Origin: Tubiluchus corallicola
Lineage: Eukaryota > Animalia > Priapulida
DNA: 62,484 bases
Assembly (NCBI GenBank): GCA_030141605.1
Contig: JAQGDQ010001104.1
Location: 1-62,484 of the forward strand
Direction: 5' to 3'
A model generated the notes under the pieces. That model searched no databases and was not told where the DNA came from. It saw only the letters and a program-made list of their open reading frames with translations. The position numbers and the translations under genes are program-made. Below are positions 26,201-38,200 of this stretch, piece by piece. How positions within the stretch are numbered: the stretch's first letter is position 1; each line of letters opens with the position of its first letter.

Positions 26201-28787
26201 GGTTTCAAATCATTAAACCAGGGGTGTACAAACTGCGGCCCACGAAGAGGTTTGTCAACGTAATGAAAGTGCGGCCCACGCGATCCAGCTGAAGTCCGCG
26301 CCAATATCGCAAAAATAGTGCGGGTAGTTTTTTCCTCTAGATCGGATGGCATTAACCCTTACAAGACCGTTGTCACTTAATGTCACTGTCGGACATGACG
26401 AAATATATGGTTTTTAATATAAATTTTAATAACTTCTGAAACAGTTTCTTGAGTGTAGTAGTGCAGTAGTAATGATGTGCGCAAATCGGATGCAAAAAGA
26501 TCGTTATTAGGTCCTACTGCACTTGGCTCCTTGATCAAACTGCATGTGACCCGCAGGAATTGCGGGAAAGTTTAATGTGGCCCGGCTAGTAAGATAATTT
26601 GCACACCCCTGCAAAAATTAAACATTAAACCTATTTTGAGTTAAAGTTTACAAATCGTCACACACAAGAAATTAGTTCGTGAAACAGGTTAGGATTAGGA
26701 TTAGAATTAGGGTTGGGATTAGGGTTAGGGTTTTGTCAGGATTAGGTTTGTGGTTAGGGTACTTAAACTGTGCCGGAAATTGTAAACTCTTTCTCTTATT
26801 TTGGGCACATTCCCTGGAGTATATGAAGAGGTATTTTTTTACCGATGATGCTTTAGATGCAGAAAATTAATGCCAATCTTTATTATAGACGTAGCTGACA
26901 ACTCTCGCGTGTGCACTGTTGCTTTGCAGTTTGCAGGGAAATTTTATTTCTCCCCTTTTTCAGGAATGCAGGATTGGGAGTGTCATCTTTCTTCGCAAGA
27001 GTGGGATCCGCAATTGCACCATTCACAGTCTACTTTGTAAGTACTTTCTTACTCAACGTTTAGCTTTTTCTTAAGTTTTTAACTCATGATTCTAGACTTT
27101 TACATTTCCAGTAATTAGTCCTTGCATGTCAGAATACAATACACACCAGCAGGTTGGTTTCAGGTCAAATATAAGATAAATGTCATCATACAAGTACATG
27201 TTGTTTGAAGTAAGTTAAAATATAAACTGTGAAAGTCATGTTTAAAGTTGTAGATCGCTCACTTTGTTTGAGTTTAGGCACAGAAGTATGAACAAGAATA
27301 AAAATCTATAATAAATATTTGCACTGCATAAACAGAAAAATGTTTATTAACTCTACAGACACATGAGTAGCATGACTCCTGCACTGAACACTGAGAGTGA
27401 GAGTGTCCTGCACTGAACACTGAGAGTGAGAGTGTCCTGCACTGAACACTGAGAGTGAGAGTGTCCTGCACTGAACACTGAGAGTGAGAGTGTCCTGCAC
27501 TGACCACTGAGAGTGAGAGTGTCCTGCACTGAACACTGAGAGTGAGAGTGTCCTGCACAGACCACTGAGAGTGAGAGTGTCCTGCACTGAACACTGAGAG
27601 TGAGAGTGTCCTGCACTGAACACTGAGAGTGAGAGTGTCCTGCACTGAACACTGAGAGTGAGAGTGTCCTGCACTGAACACTGAGAGTGAGAGTGTCCTG
27701 TACTGAACACTGAGAGTGAGAGTGAGAATGAGAGTGTCCTGCACTGAACACTGAGAGTGAGAGAGTCTCCTGCACTGAACACTGATAGTGAGAGAGTCTC
27801 CTGCACTGAACACTGAGAGTGAGAGTGAAAATGAGAGTGTCCTGCACTGAACACTGAGAGTGAGAGTGAGAGTTAGAGTGAGTAGAAAGTAAAACCAGTC
27901 AGTATATATAGGTATAGGTGACCTATGCAGACTTGCACAGGCTTCACAACAACCATTACTTTAAAATAGGGAGAGAACCAGTGAATATGCATTCACTGGA
28001 CCATACAATTATACTGCGGGTAAGTTAGCTGGTAGAATGTAACAGAATTAGTTCATAGATGGCAGCACCTAATTAAAATGTACAAATCCAACTTCCACAT
28101 AAACAGACTCAAGGGATTGAAGCTTCGTCAGACATCCCTTTACACATCTCTTCTTAATGCTGCATAAATTCAGAGTCGCCATAATTATTGTGGTGCTTGG
28201 TACACAAATCTGCTTTCAATTTAATGATAAATCAATTTAAGGATGGATTAGTTTGGATGTCGAATAGATAGGTGTTTCATACAAGCTTTTCCTCTTACAA
28301 AATTCAGTTTCTGTCTCTACCAAGTGGTTTGTTTCATCCCATAGTTTTGTTTACGAGATATAGAAGCCTGTTATTATTTGTTTTATGAGAGATAGTGGAT
28401 TAACTGTTTCAAAAACTTGCTAAAAAGCTATACAATTTAGCAGAAAAACACAGGAAGAAATGTTGCGCCAAAAAATTATTACAATCAGTCACAATAACTG
28501 CTTTTACATCAGACACTAAAATAAACAAAACAAACATTTATTTTCAGAAAGAAACAGCGCCAGCCGTACAACCAATGTTATTTGGAACTTTAGCCATAGC
28601 TGCAGGTGTGATAATCATGTTTGTACCGGAAACAGGTTCCCGGAATCTTCCCGAAACATTAGCAGAGTATGAAGACTGGGTGACAGATAAAGAAAGAAAG
28701 AAAATTGAGAACTGCAAGCTGAACAACCAATTGCAGGAAAATTCGAAGCCATTTTTAAGTACTGTTGTAAATGAAACATCAGCCTAG
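12841..28787 (+). CDS. SLC22-family organic cation/carnitine transporter (MFS), ~563 aa, 10 coding exons
   Basis: Exons 12841-12873 (least certain), 17740-18084, 18769-18999, 20521-20717, 21054-21287, 22005-22139, 23409-23494, 25636-25753, 26964-27036, 28548-28787; all GT-AG with consistent phase. Motifs: [54 protein letters not shown]. Confidence 0.93.
13331..13964. mobile_element. MITE with TA flanks, longest copy of the TATAGGTTTTAC family
   Basis: Same TIRs as 4256-4596, plus ~290 bp of extra internal sequence. Confidence 0.85.
14387..14671. mobile_element. hAT-type MITE with 8-bp TSD CTAACCCA
   Basis: TIR CAGGGCCTATTTC...GAAATAGGCCCTG; CTAACCCA on both sides. Confidence 0.92.
15424..15605. 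repeat. (CT)n microsatellite
   Basis: Direct reading. Confidence 0.95.
15700..16030 (-). pseudogene. Degraded Tc1/mariner-superfamily transposase fragment
   Basis: Minus strand reads [12 protein letters not shown] (cf. WPxxSPDLNP motif); surrounding frames interrupted by stops. Confidence 0.5.
16090..16302. mobile_element. hAT-type MITE (same family as 14387-14671, opposite orientation) with 8-bp TSD CCAACGTA
   Basis: Same TIRs; CCAACGTA at 16082-16089 and 16303-16310. Confidence 0.92.
16339..16660. mobile_element. Partial inverted copy of the TATAGGTTTTAC MITE
   Basis: Reverse complement of the right half of 13331-13964; only one TIR seen. Confidence 0.8.
18285..18745. mobile_element. Foldback-like element built from ~15-bp TTTGGTAC-containing subrepeats
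   Basis: TTTGGTAC repeats on the left, GTACCAAA repeats on the right; termini GTAAGTTTGGTACAG / CTGTACGAAACTTAC. Confidence 0.7.
20008..20332. repeat. (CTAT)n/(CCAT)n compound tetranucleotide microsatellite
   Basis: Direct reading. Confidence 0.95.
21433..21890. mobile_element. piggyBac-type MITE with TTAA TSD
   Basis: TTAA|CCCTTTCA...TGAAAGGG|TTAA; internal near-palindrome GTATCCCACGGGATAC twice (~21562, ~21859). Confidence 0.9.
22809..23271 (+). mobile_element. Retroposon (LINE/SINE) 3' fragment ending AATAAAGA + (TACT)n/(TACC)n tail
   Basis: ~170 bp shared with 48823-49035, both followed by a (TACT)n tail. Confidence 0.7.
23665..24333. mobile_element. MITE with ~130-bp imperfect TIRs
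   Basis: AATTTACCGCTGTGCTCAAGCAT...ATGCTTGAGCACAGCGGTAAATT; related diverged end at ~31574-31690. Confidence 0.85.
26219..26611. mobile_element. hAT-like MITE
   Basis: TIR CAGGGGTGTACAAA...TTTGCACACCCCTG; GCGGCCC subterminal motifs; TSD (CATTAAAC) only degenerate on the right. Confidence 0.7.
27228..28099 (-). mobile_element. Solo LTR with 5-bp TSD TAAAC and internal ~29-bp tandem repeat (16 copies), in the last intron of the SLC22 gene
   Basis: TGTGAAAG...CTTCCACA; TAAAC at 27223-27227 and 28100-28104; homologous to 9767-10402. Confidence 0.88.
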
Positions 28788-29636
28788 TAATAGCTGAGCA
28801 CTGTGCCAGGGATAAATGTGCCAAAATTGTCAGTATATATTGACCTGAATAACATTTCTCATCGAAAAGACCTGACTAAAAGTTTTAAATGGGTTTGAGC
28901 TAAATCAGGCTATCACATAAATTATATATTTATTTCAACTTTGATTAAAAGTACATTATTGTGTAAAAATTAAAATTCTCATTCAGCCATTAATGCTAAT
29001 CAGTATTAGACTGTCAGAAAGCTGTATTGATCTGCACATTTTTAATATCATATATAAGAAGGCAGAAAGCGAGCGGGACGTTTATACATGACATGGTAGT
29101 TTCTCAGGCGTGTCTATAAATGGTGATCCTCGTCTTATATGGAAATGGAAAAAATGTTAATAAATACAGGAAAATTCATTCCATTTCGAATTAAGAACAC
29201 TGATTTTAATATCTGGCATATTACCGCTAGTCTCAAATCTACAGCCCTTAATGGACTGGAGGCATAGACTAATCTTGTAATTTTTTCTCCAAGAAATTGC
29301 TGATCTTTGATTTCCTGGGATGCTTTGTAAGAAAACATTACAAAAATAGATTAAACAAGAAAGAATACATCGTTAAATTGCTCTAATAAGAAAGCTCAAT
29401 TTAAGTAAGACCGAACAGGGGCCGTTTTCACAAAGCTGGTACTAAGTTAAGGACGTTGCTATAGTAGGTTTAGTCACTGCATTTTCTATGGCTTTGTGAA
29501 ACCGATCCTGCATCACGTCATGTGGATGAAGTGACTATGCAGCATAGGGCATGCAATGGGTAACAATAAAACGAGCAAGCGAGCAAACGAGCACTTTACT
29601 GTGTAATGAACAGTCAAAGTTTTGTGATCTAGGGGG

Positions 29637-30016
29637 GATTCTACATGAATTTATAAACAACACTGATTCAGATAACTGCCTTACTCCTTACCAAGCTTGA
29701 GAATTGTACATATGCAACCAAACATATCTGACTATACATGAGTGAACATAAAGTGTAACGTGTTGTTATACCTGCTTCACTATATTGTGAATTAACTAAT
29801 TTACTACATATATGTCATATTAACAATTATGATAAGTTTATAATTTTTTTGTAGTAGGTTAATTCAAAATAGATAAACAAACATACCAAGACATATCACA
29901 CTTTATGTTCACTTGTGTGTAGTCAGATTATGTTTTATTGCATATGTACAAATTCTCAAGCTTGGTAACAACTAAGGCAGTTATTTAAAATGTTGCCAAT
30001 AAATTCATCTAGGAAT
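29637..30016. mobile_element. Diverged hairpin MITE (~130-bp arms)
   Basis: TTACCAAGCTTGAGAATTGTACATATGCAA vs TTGCATATGTACAAATTCTCAAGCTTGGTAA, with flanking complementarity. Confidence 0.75.
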
Positions 30017-32149
30017 TGCTGAAAAAATTCGCTTGAGACAATGTGATATACAGAATTTTTTACTTACCATAGATCAAATGATTAAAAGGTGCTTTCCCAC
30101 TCAACGTGGTTTAAACTCAAACTTATTTTAAGCTTGAAGTTGAAAGTTGTCATTTTGTTTGTAACTACGAGCCATGTCGTAAGCTTTTATATATTTTTGA
30201 TAAATGCAGTTATTCTTCATGTGTGTCACTGTGACATTTGTTAACAAAAACCTTTTTGTGGTTCTTTTTTCAAATGTTTTATTTTTTTGTATTTACGGTA
30301 CGCACGTGTAAAACTGTTATTACGTCTGAAACAAAGAGATAATTTGAACGTACTTTTATTCTTGGTTTTTGTGGAAGTATCCATAACTTATTTTTATGTT
30401 ATCAACTACACACGCGTGTGGGATTAACATACAGAGTGAATTGTGGTGTGGTTACTTTGTGTAATTAACGACTAGAGTTAAGCAATGCTGTGGCTGATCA
30501 GCAAAAGTTTGGGTATTGGTCAAGCTACTATTATGTTGTGTATTCGAATCCTGCTTCAAGATGATTGGCACAGCTGAAAGTCTCATGGACCTTAACGTTT
30601 TGGGGGCTTTAGGCATCGTTAAGAACGAGCCTCTTCTGAATAGATGGAAAATCTCACTGAAATTTTAAAAAGCCAGGCTTAACATGTTTTGCAGCAGTAG
30701 AGGAGTTTCGATTTTGTCAATGTAAAAGTGCTTGTGGTGTGTTGCTTATTGAGCAAATCGGAGCACGTCGTTTAATTAGATCAGAACATATCTGCTTTGA
30801 AAGGTCATACATGGTTGAACCCCGCTAGACAAAATGATGCAAATAAAAAATATTTGGGACACGACTGAAAAATGCTCTTTTACACTGATGCCTTTTGAAG
30901 CATAAAACAGGTCTAATTAATTACATTAGTTTCCTAAGTACTAAATAAATAAAGAACTAATCGTGACTTAAAGAGAAGTAATGCAATAATTAAACGAAAA
31001 TAGTCAATATTAGAATTTCAATGTGATACCCACCATCCGTTTCGTTTTTGCAGCAAACATGTGACGTGTGGAATTGAAAATAGAAGAATTTAAATTTAAA
31101 AGCCCAAGGAGTAAGTGGAAAAATTGTGTTAAACGAACGCTATATGATTTTTCGCATCCTACGGTAAAAAGTATAGTTTTATACATTTTGACACCTATAA
31201 TAATGCCAAAGCATTTCCGATAATTAAGCGATGGATTAAAAATTTAGTTAACGGCAGGCGAGCCCAACTAGTGATGACATCACAACTAAACAAAATTTTC
31301 AACAGCACAAACGCGACGGTTTTGCATGTGTTTCTAAACGCGAAAATTGAAATACAACAATAACACCTTGTCTATAACTTTATAGCTTTAATTCAGTAAA
31401 AGCTGCAAGCTTTGCGTTAGATAAACAGACAAACACTAGGTAGCATGTTCGCGCATTTTTGATTATAAGTGTATTTATAAGCAAAATTTTTTGCAGGGCC
31501 TTTGCTACTGTACAACATTCAGTGTGATACACAAAAACTCGGCAAATTTGAAGTTTAAAATTCAAATTGCAAGTTTACCGCTGTGGTCACGCATGAGCAC
31601 TACATCACAATAAAACACCTCTGAATTGTGGGGTACAACACCTATTTTTTGTGCTACGCTTTTCTGAGATGCAGGTGCTAGTGAACATCTAACCAAAGAA
31701 TTGCGAAACAATGCAACAGCGAAGAACTAGCCGCGCGAACGAGAAATTGCGTTACTGTAACATAATACCCTTACGTAAGTTTTGAATTATAGTTTAAGAT
31801 TAAGTACGGTTTTCCTTTAAAAACAGGACATATCGTTCAAAATTAACAATTTAACTTGAAAGGGGAGAAAAGGCAATTTTAAAATTTTAAAATAAGTCCT
31901 AAAAAACTTTTACGTTTATTACTTTGCATTACGCTTGCCAATGTAACTTAAAAAACCATGAACCTGCAAAATTTGAAACACACAAGCATCTACGTGAATC
32001 AGCAAGCTTCAATGTCTTTGCATTCAAGAGTGAGTTAATTCATTGTGGTTTGAATAGCACTTGTTATATTGTTCTATTTGAAGCTGAACTTCTGCATTGC
32101 AATATCATAATGAAATAAAAATTAACATTATATTTTCATAACTCTAATT

Positions 32150-34069
32150 CATATCAGAGATCCGAACTGGAAATACAATTGTGTTATTTTTTCTTTTGTA
32201 TTGAGCTTACTTAAGATTTTGGGATAACAAGATAGCAGAGGACTAGAAGGAATTTACAATGCCCTGGTAAACTAACTGTTTATTCTGTGCATTGAATCTG
32301 ATAATATACATTGATTATTTTCGTTAGTGCCATACCATGTCGTGAAGCTCACGATTTCTTTATCTTATTTTTTATTACTTCTTAATTATAATCATTAATC
32401 ATATTATTACATTCTCTTGTTAAAACATTAAAAATCCCACACAAGAAATTTCAGCTATAAAATAAGTCTATTTCTTTATATGCAGTCTAAACTTTCATCC
32501 TTGAACTAGTATACATAACATTTACCTTCATTGAATTGCTGGCTTCCTTGCTTCATGGAAAAAACTTACCTGGGCAGTTGGTTTTCAGAGATCATTTAGT
32601 AAGCATGTGACTTAAACTGAGAGAGCAATGTATAGTGTTATTAATGATTTTAACTTGCTTTTTGTACATTCCACTATCCGCAAACAAGTGTATCTCTACT
32701 GCACTTTCCCTCTGAAATCCTCCGGCCAGAACCATCAACACTGAGTAGGCGTGCAGGTAAAATCTGCTCCGTTTTGAACTCACACACCAATTTAAATGAA
32801 AGGGGAAAATAATCAAGAAATTATATAATTCATACATACTTTCCTGATTGTTCAAGGCGGCCTAATTTTATCAACCGCAAATTCACATTTTTCATTCCTT
32901 TTTCTGACTATATGGCTTCGTGAGTTTCTACTTCATGTAGGTTATGAGTTTATAAACCATTTTTGTAAACAACATAACATCGTAGTATCATGCGAATCAA
33001 TTTTGCACGTACGGTATTTTTCGTATCGTACAGTCTATACTGCCAGTGTTGCCCTGCAAGGACAAATGACAATGCAATGGACAAGATACATACTGTCTGT
33101 TGTTGTTGTCGCTGTCATCGTCGTTATTGTCGTTGCTGCAGCTGCTTTCGTTGCTGTTATAGCTTTGTTGGTGCTGCTGCAGTCCACCAGTCCGTGACGT
33201 AATTTTCACTAAAGATAAATATTCTATACAAGGAATGGCAACTTATATTCATTCTGGGACAAATTCACTAGTCAAATAAAAAACATTCACAGAAAGTAAG
33301 CTGATCATATATTTCTCTTATACACAGCAACACTTATTACAACTATCAGAAAATTTGCAGAAACTTTACTACACCGTATTTACTGCAAGTAGCAATTATA
33401 AATATTGCAATTACGTCCTCACTAAAACAGTTACTGTTATCAGTGTTTGAAGTGCAGAAAATAATAAAAGTAGTAAATGTGACTTAAAGTGTGGTATATG
33501 AAGAAGTTCTGGTTGTAATTGCTACGACACTAGAATACAAGTAGAATTCAAGTAAAATACAGGTGAGCTTTATTTTTATCAATCATTAATAACACTATAC
33601 ATTGCTCTCTCAGTTTAAGTCACATGCTTACTAAATGATTTCTGAAAGCCAGCTGCCCAGGTAAGTTTTTTCCATGAAGCAAGGAAGCCAGCAATTCAAT
33701 GAAGGTAAATGTTATGCATACTAGTTCAAGGATGACAGTTTAGACTATATATAAAGCAATAGACTTATTTTATAGCTGAAATTTCTTGTGTGGGATTTAA
33801 CAAGAAAATGTAATAATATGACTAATGATCATAATTAAGAACTAATAAAGAATAAGATAAAGAAATCGTGAGCTTCACGACATGGTATGGCACTAACGAA
33901 AGTAATCAATGTATATTATTAGATTCAAAGCACAGAATAAACAGTTAGTTTAGCAGTGCACTGTAAATTCATACTAGTCCTCTGCTATCTTGTTATTCCA
34001 AAATCTTAAGTAAGTTCAATACAAAAGAAAAATAACACAATTGTATAACCAAATTGGATCTCTGATATG
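32150..34069. repeat. Inverted repeat, ~500-bp arms (32150-32649 / 33581-34069), ~930-bp spacer
   Basis: Arms are reverse complements with scattered substitutions and one short indel. Confidence 0.92.
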
Positions 34070-35215
34070 GCAAGTGACACCTGTCCATTTTCGTAGCAAA
34101 CAAGTCATAACATATGGACTTGAACATTGAAGAGTTTTAAAAGCTCAAAGAGTGAGCTTTGAAAAATAGGATTAAAAATAGGATAAATTTCGTTCGAATT
34201 TAACTTGAGGGAAAAAAGCCCCCCAATTTTACCTTTTCAATGTTGATCAACGTGCAAGAATAGTTTTCAATATTTTTATTGAATAAACATGAAGTAAACA
34301 CGCCAATTACGAGAGATAACTGCGATAAACTCACTTTAGGCTGTACTGTCTGTCAACATCATTGAGCTTACAAAACACACTGTGTATTAGTTTGCAAGGT
34401 AATACGACATTGCTTCAGCTATTTGAACGCAATTGTTTTACACAGCGTAGTGTCTGTTGATCATAATTTCTCTTTGTTTTTGAGCTTTCTTTTGTGTTAC
34501 AATTGATTAAAGGCTTTGCTATTGCCTTGTTACCATGCAACCCCAGAATGATGTATGGAGTTGTTTCAGATATCTGAAGGTTAGATTTGATTACCGATAT
34601 CCTCAGTGCTTACTGCTATTATAATGTAGGCAAATAATATATATACTAATAGTCCACGCCATATGACATTTATTACATATACTGTTTTTTGCACTTTCCA
34701 TACAATATAGACCTGATTTAGAATCTGATGACTTTGAATCCTGAAGCCAGCCTGGAAAAGTTTTTTCTAAATTGAAAAAAATCCAAAAAAATTAAGTTGT
34801 TGTTGTGAGGTTTATTGCCAGTGAAAATATGTTACACGTTGTTCCCCTCACAATGAGTAAATGTCAGAGTTTTGCATTACGCGAACGAGTTGGATACCAA
34901 GTCCGAAATGACTGTGAATATACCAACTTTACAAAGTCGCTCCCAATAGACATAGGACGAAACTACATAATGAATTATCGTAAAATACATAGAGTATACA
35001 TAATGGTACTTAGATTATTGAACCAGGACAACTGGAGCTCACCAAATCACTTCTGTGCAAGGCTTACTGTGTTTACTTTATAACCGTAAGGCAATGCATC
35101 TTACACAACTTTGCGAGACATATATACAGGATTTTGCAAAATTAGTTATAGGAAAATATCTATACAAGAATCGAGCTTTCCAGCAAGCTTTGCTATATTC
35201 GCATTCAGCAGTGAC

Positions 35216-38200
35216 TTAATTCATTGTGCATCCATACAATTCCATTTTTACAGCGCCGAAATTTCCAGAATGTGTGCCCTTGACAGTGAATCGAAGGAAA
35301 TATGCTCCATATATTGATAAAGCATGTGACACCAGTGTATATCTGTCGGTATTTGCAGCAAACATTCGGACCTGAACATAGTTATCTGGTTTATACACTT
35401 ATAAGTGCAATATTAAACATAATTAATGCGACAAAAAACACAACTACTAAGTTTGTGCATCGTAGGCTATGACTTATGTAATTTAACGGTAATGAAAAAT
35501 CATGATATACATTGTGATAATATGAAACACTAATAGAGTATCTAAAAATATGTAGCATTCGACTAAGCCACCCTAACAAGTAAGACTATATAGGTAAAAG
35601 ACGTTTCTTGTCAAAGAAGCCTAGATAATATATTTCTGTAAACAAACATTAACTTTGAATTTACTGTGTCCGCTCAAATTTCTAACCTAATCTTACCGCA
35701 GACTGATCTTGTGTGAGATAGTCTTGCCATTCACTGCCATCAAAGTAAGACAAAGTATATTCTGTAACCCATTTGTCTTGATCGCACGCTGATTCACACC
35801 CCTGAAATCAAAAGCTAAGAAAGTAGTTTCCAACAGAAAATTGAAGTGAGAACTAGGCAGAATCTTTTCTTGCATTCCTCGTGTTGTTCATAATTATGGA
35901 AAAGATGCTTAGCTGGTACACGCACCTGTCTGTGTGTTTACCTAACCTCTAAGCTTCAGTATATAAGCTAAGCTTATATGTGCTAGTACGAATATAAAGA
36001 AAATAAGAAAATGATACTTGTAAAACGCATCAAAAGATATTGTAATGATATCTGCGCTGCCAGGGGCTGCTGGTAATTTGTCTGCTTGGTTTCTTCCCTT
36101 CATGCAGAGGACGCCGGGAGGTCCAGATTCGATACTGCAGCAATCAAATCATGTTGAACAGATGACAAACTTTATACACGTCGTTGAGAAACTAATTCAA
36201 AAATGTTAAACAGAGACCTAAGGCAGAATTCTTTCATGCTCTCCTCGTCCTGATCTTAATTGCAGAATAGGTGCTTAGATGGTACTCATAAAATGTATGT
36301 TAGTTAAGATCAACATGAAAAAGTACTTGACAACTAATGTCGTGGTGACTTTTGTGACAAATAAAACGAAAAGACTAGAATTTTTACCACCGCCGTAACG
36401 CTGAACTTTATTCTTTTTTTTCCGAACGCAATACGCTAGTTTGCCCTTTCATACCAACTCAACAACTGCCTCACTACAGTTACACGTAAAATCTATTCAA
36501 TTCAATGGCTTCTCTCTGGGGGGCGAATCGTGAAGCCCAAACTTCACGACAACTAACTAAATAAAATATATTTCAGGGTGACATGATTATTACAATTGTT
36601 ACAATTTCAGATCAGGGAGCAGAGTGACTAACTCTGGAGTGATGGAGTAATCAATTGAAATGGCTACAATAATTATGAAAACTGATCACCAACATTTACA
36701 ATCGATTCATGAACAAATGATAACTTTATTGACGTCAAAATCTTTGTGTTTAACAAGCTCACCTGTGTTGTTATTCGGGTTATCATTCGTTTCCCGCCCA
36801 GATCTATCGTCAAAACTCCACCGAGATGCACACGCCAACCTTTGAAGGAGTTTCCAAGTCTAGCATGCCATGGTGGAGACGCACCTAGGTTGTGGCTCTG
36901 GGTCCCGTTTATTGCAGAATCTGGAATAGTACCAGTCTCCATTCCTAATGGTTTGTCCTCCTACATTTATACGAATAGAAAAAGATTTTATAAATACAAT
37001 AATTTATATTATAACCACTACATAAAAACCTGTATTTGCTTTAAGCCAGACATGAATCAAAGAAAACCTCAACACTGAAGTTATTGGATGGTAGCTTTAC
37101 AAGACGAAACTGAAATGGACTAAAAAGGCAGCTGAGTAATATTGTTTATGTATAACGCACTAGTGCATGGGTCCCTCGAAAACAAAGCTGCTGTCTTATG
37201 GGTTTGAAACATTTTATTAGTGGAGTATAAACTATAAATCAAACTTCCTGCAAATAATAACAGTTATGTAAGATTACCTACAAATCCCTGTACTTCTTAA
37301 CATGCATGGTGAACACTTACACATCAGGTCAAGACCTTCTGGTAAAATTTCACAATGTAGCCACGCTTAGTTTAAAACGATTGACCATTGATGCACTGTT
37401 GCCTTTAACAAACTTTGACTTTTCTCTCTGAGCAGTTCTACTCCAATAGAGAAAATTTTCTTTAGTTCGTTACAAGGCATAACAAAAACCAAATCTCGCC
37501 TATCTTTAAAAAGCGGCCTGCTTCTGCAACACAGATCTTTCGCCTCCGCATTACTTCCCTATATCGCCTAGATATATTTCAATACACAAGCAATAAAACT
37601 ACGATAGGAAAACGTGTACAAAATTATTGATAAAAATAGGTTCAAGACCAATTTTATTAAATCAGATTAACAGTTGTTTCACTAAAGGTTTTCTCGCATT
37701 TGGTATCGTGATGCATAATGTTTTACAGCTCAGTTTCTGACAGTTTGAACCAGTTGAACGAGTTTTACTAATTTGAATTTAACAGTTAGAAAACAAGAAA
37801 CAGACAAAAAATGATGACAACAACAGCAGCCAAGACAATAAAAACAGCAGCATCAATAGAAACACGAACAGCACAGCCACTAACACGAGAACAACAGAAG
37901 CAAAAATTATCATTGAAAATAGGTACAAAAAATAAAAATTTACTTGTAAAATTCATGAAACAAACAGCACCAGAGTTGTCGAAAATCGCCCAAAAAGTTT
38001 TTAGTAAACTCACGGGTAGAACAATGTAGAACACATCCCAGAGAGTATTGTCTGAGACGATGGCTTCTAGTTCATTAGTTTGTAGATTAAGTGCAAACTG
38101 CTGACATTCGCCCGTGTCTTTGTTGTAGTTCACCGTGAAAATATTTCTGTCCGAAAGTTTGTAGCTACATTCGATTTTGCTGAAAATAATGAACACTTTT

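Noticed and set aside
26690-26760. Telomeric TTAGGG-like tract
   Set aside because: Only a few degenerate units; common low-complexity motif
9767-28099. One full-length 18-kb LTR retrotransposon bounded by the two LTR copies
   Set aside because: Each copy has its own distinct TSD, and the interval holds a host gene, not gag-pol
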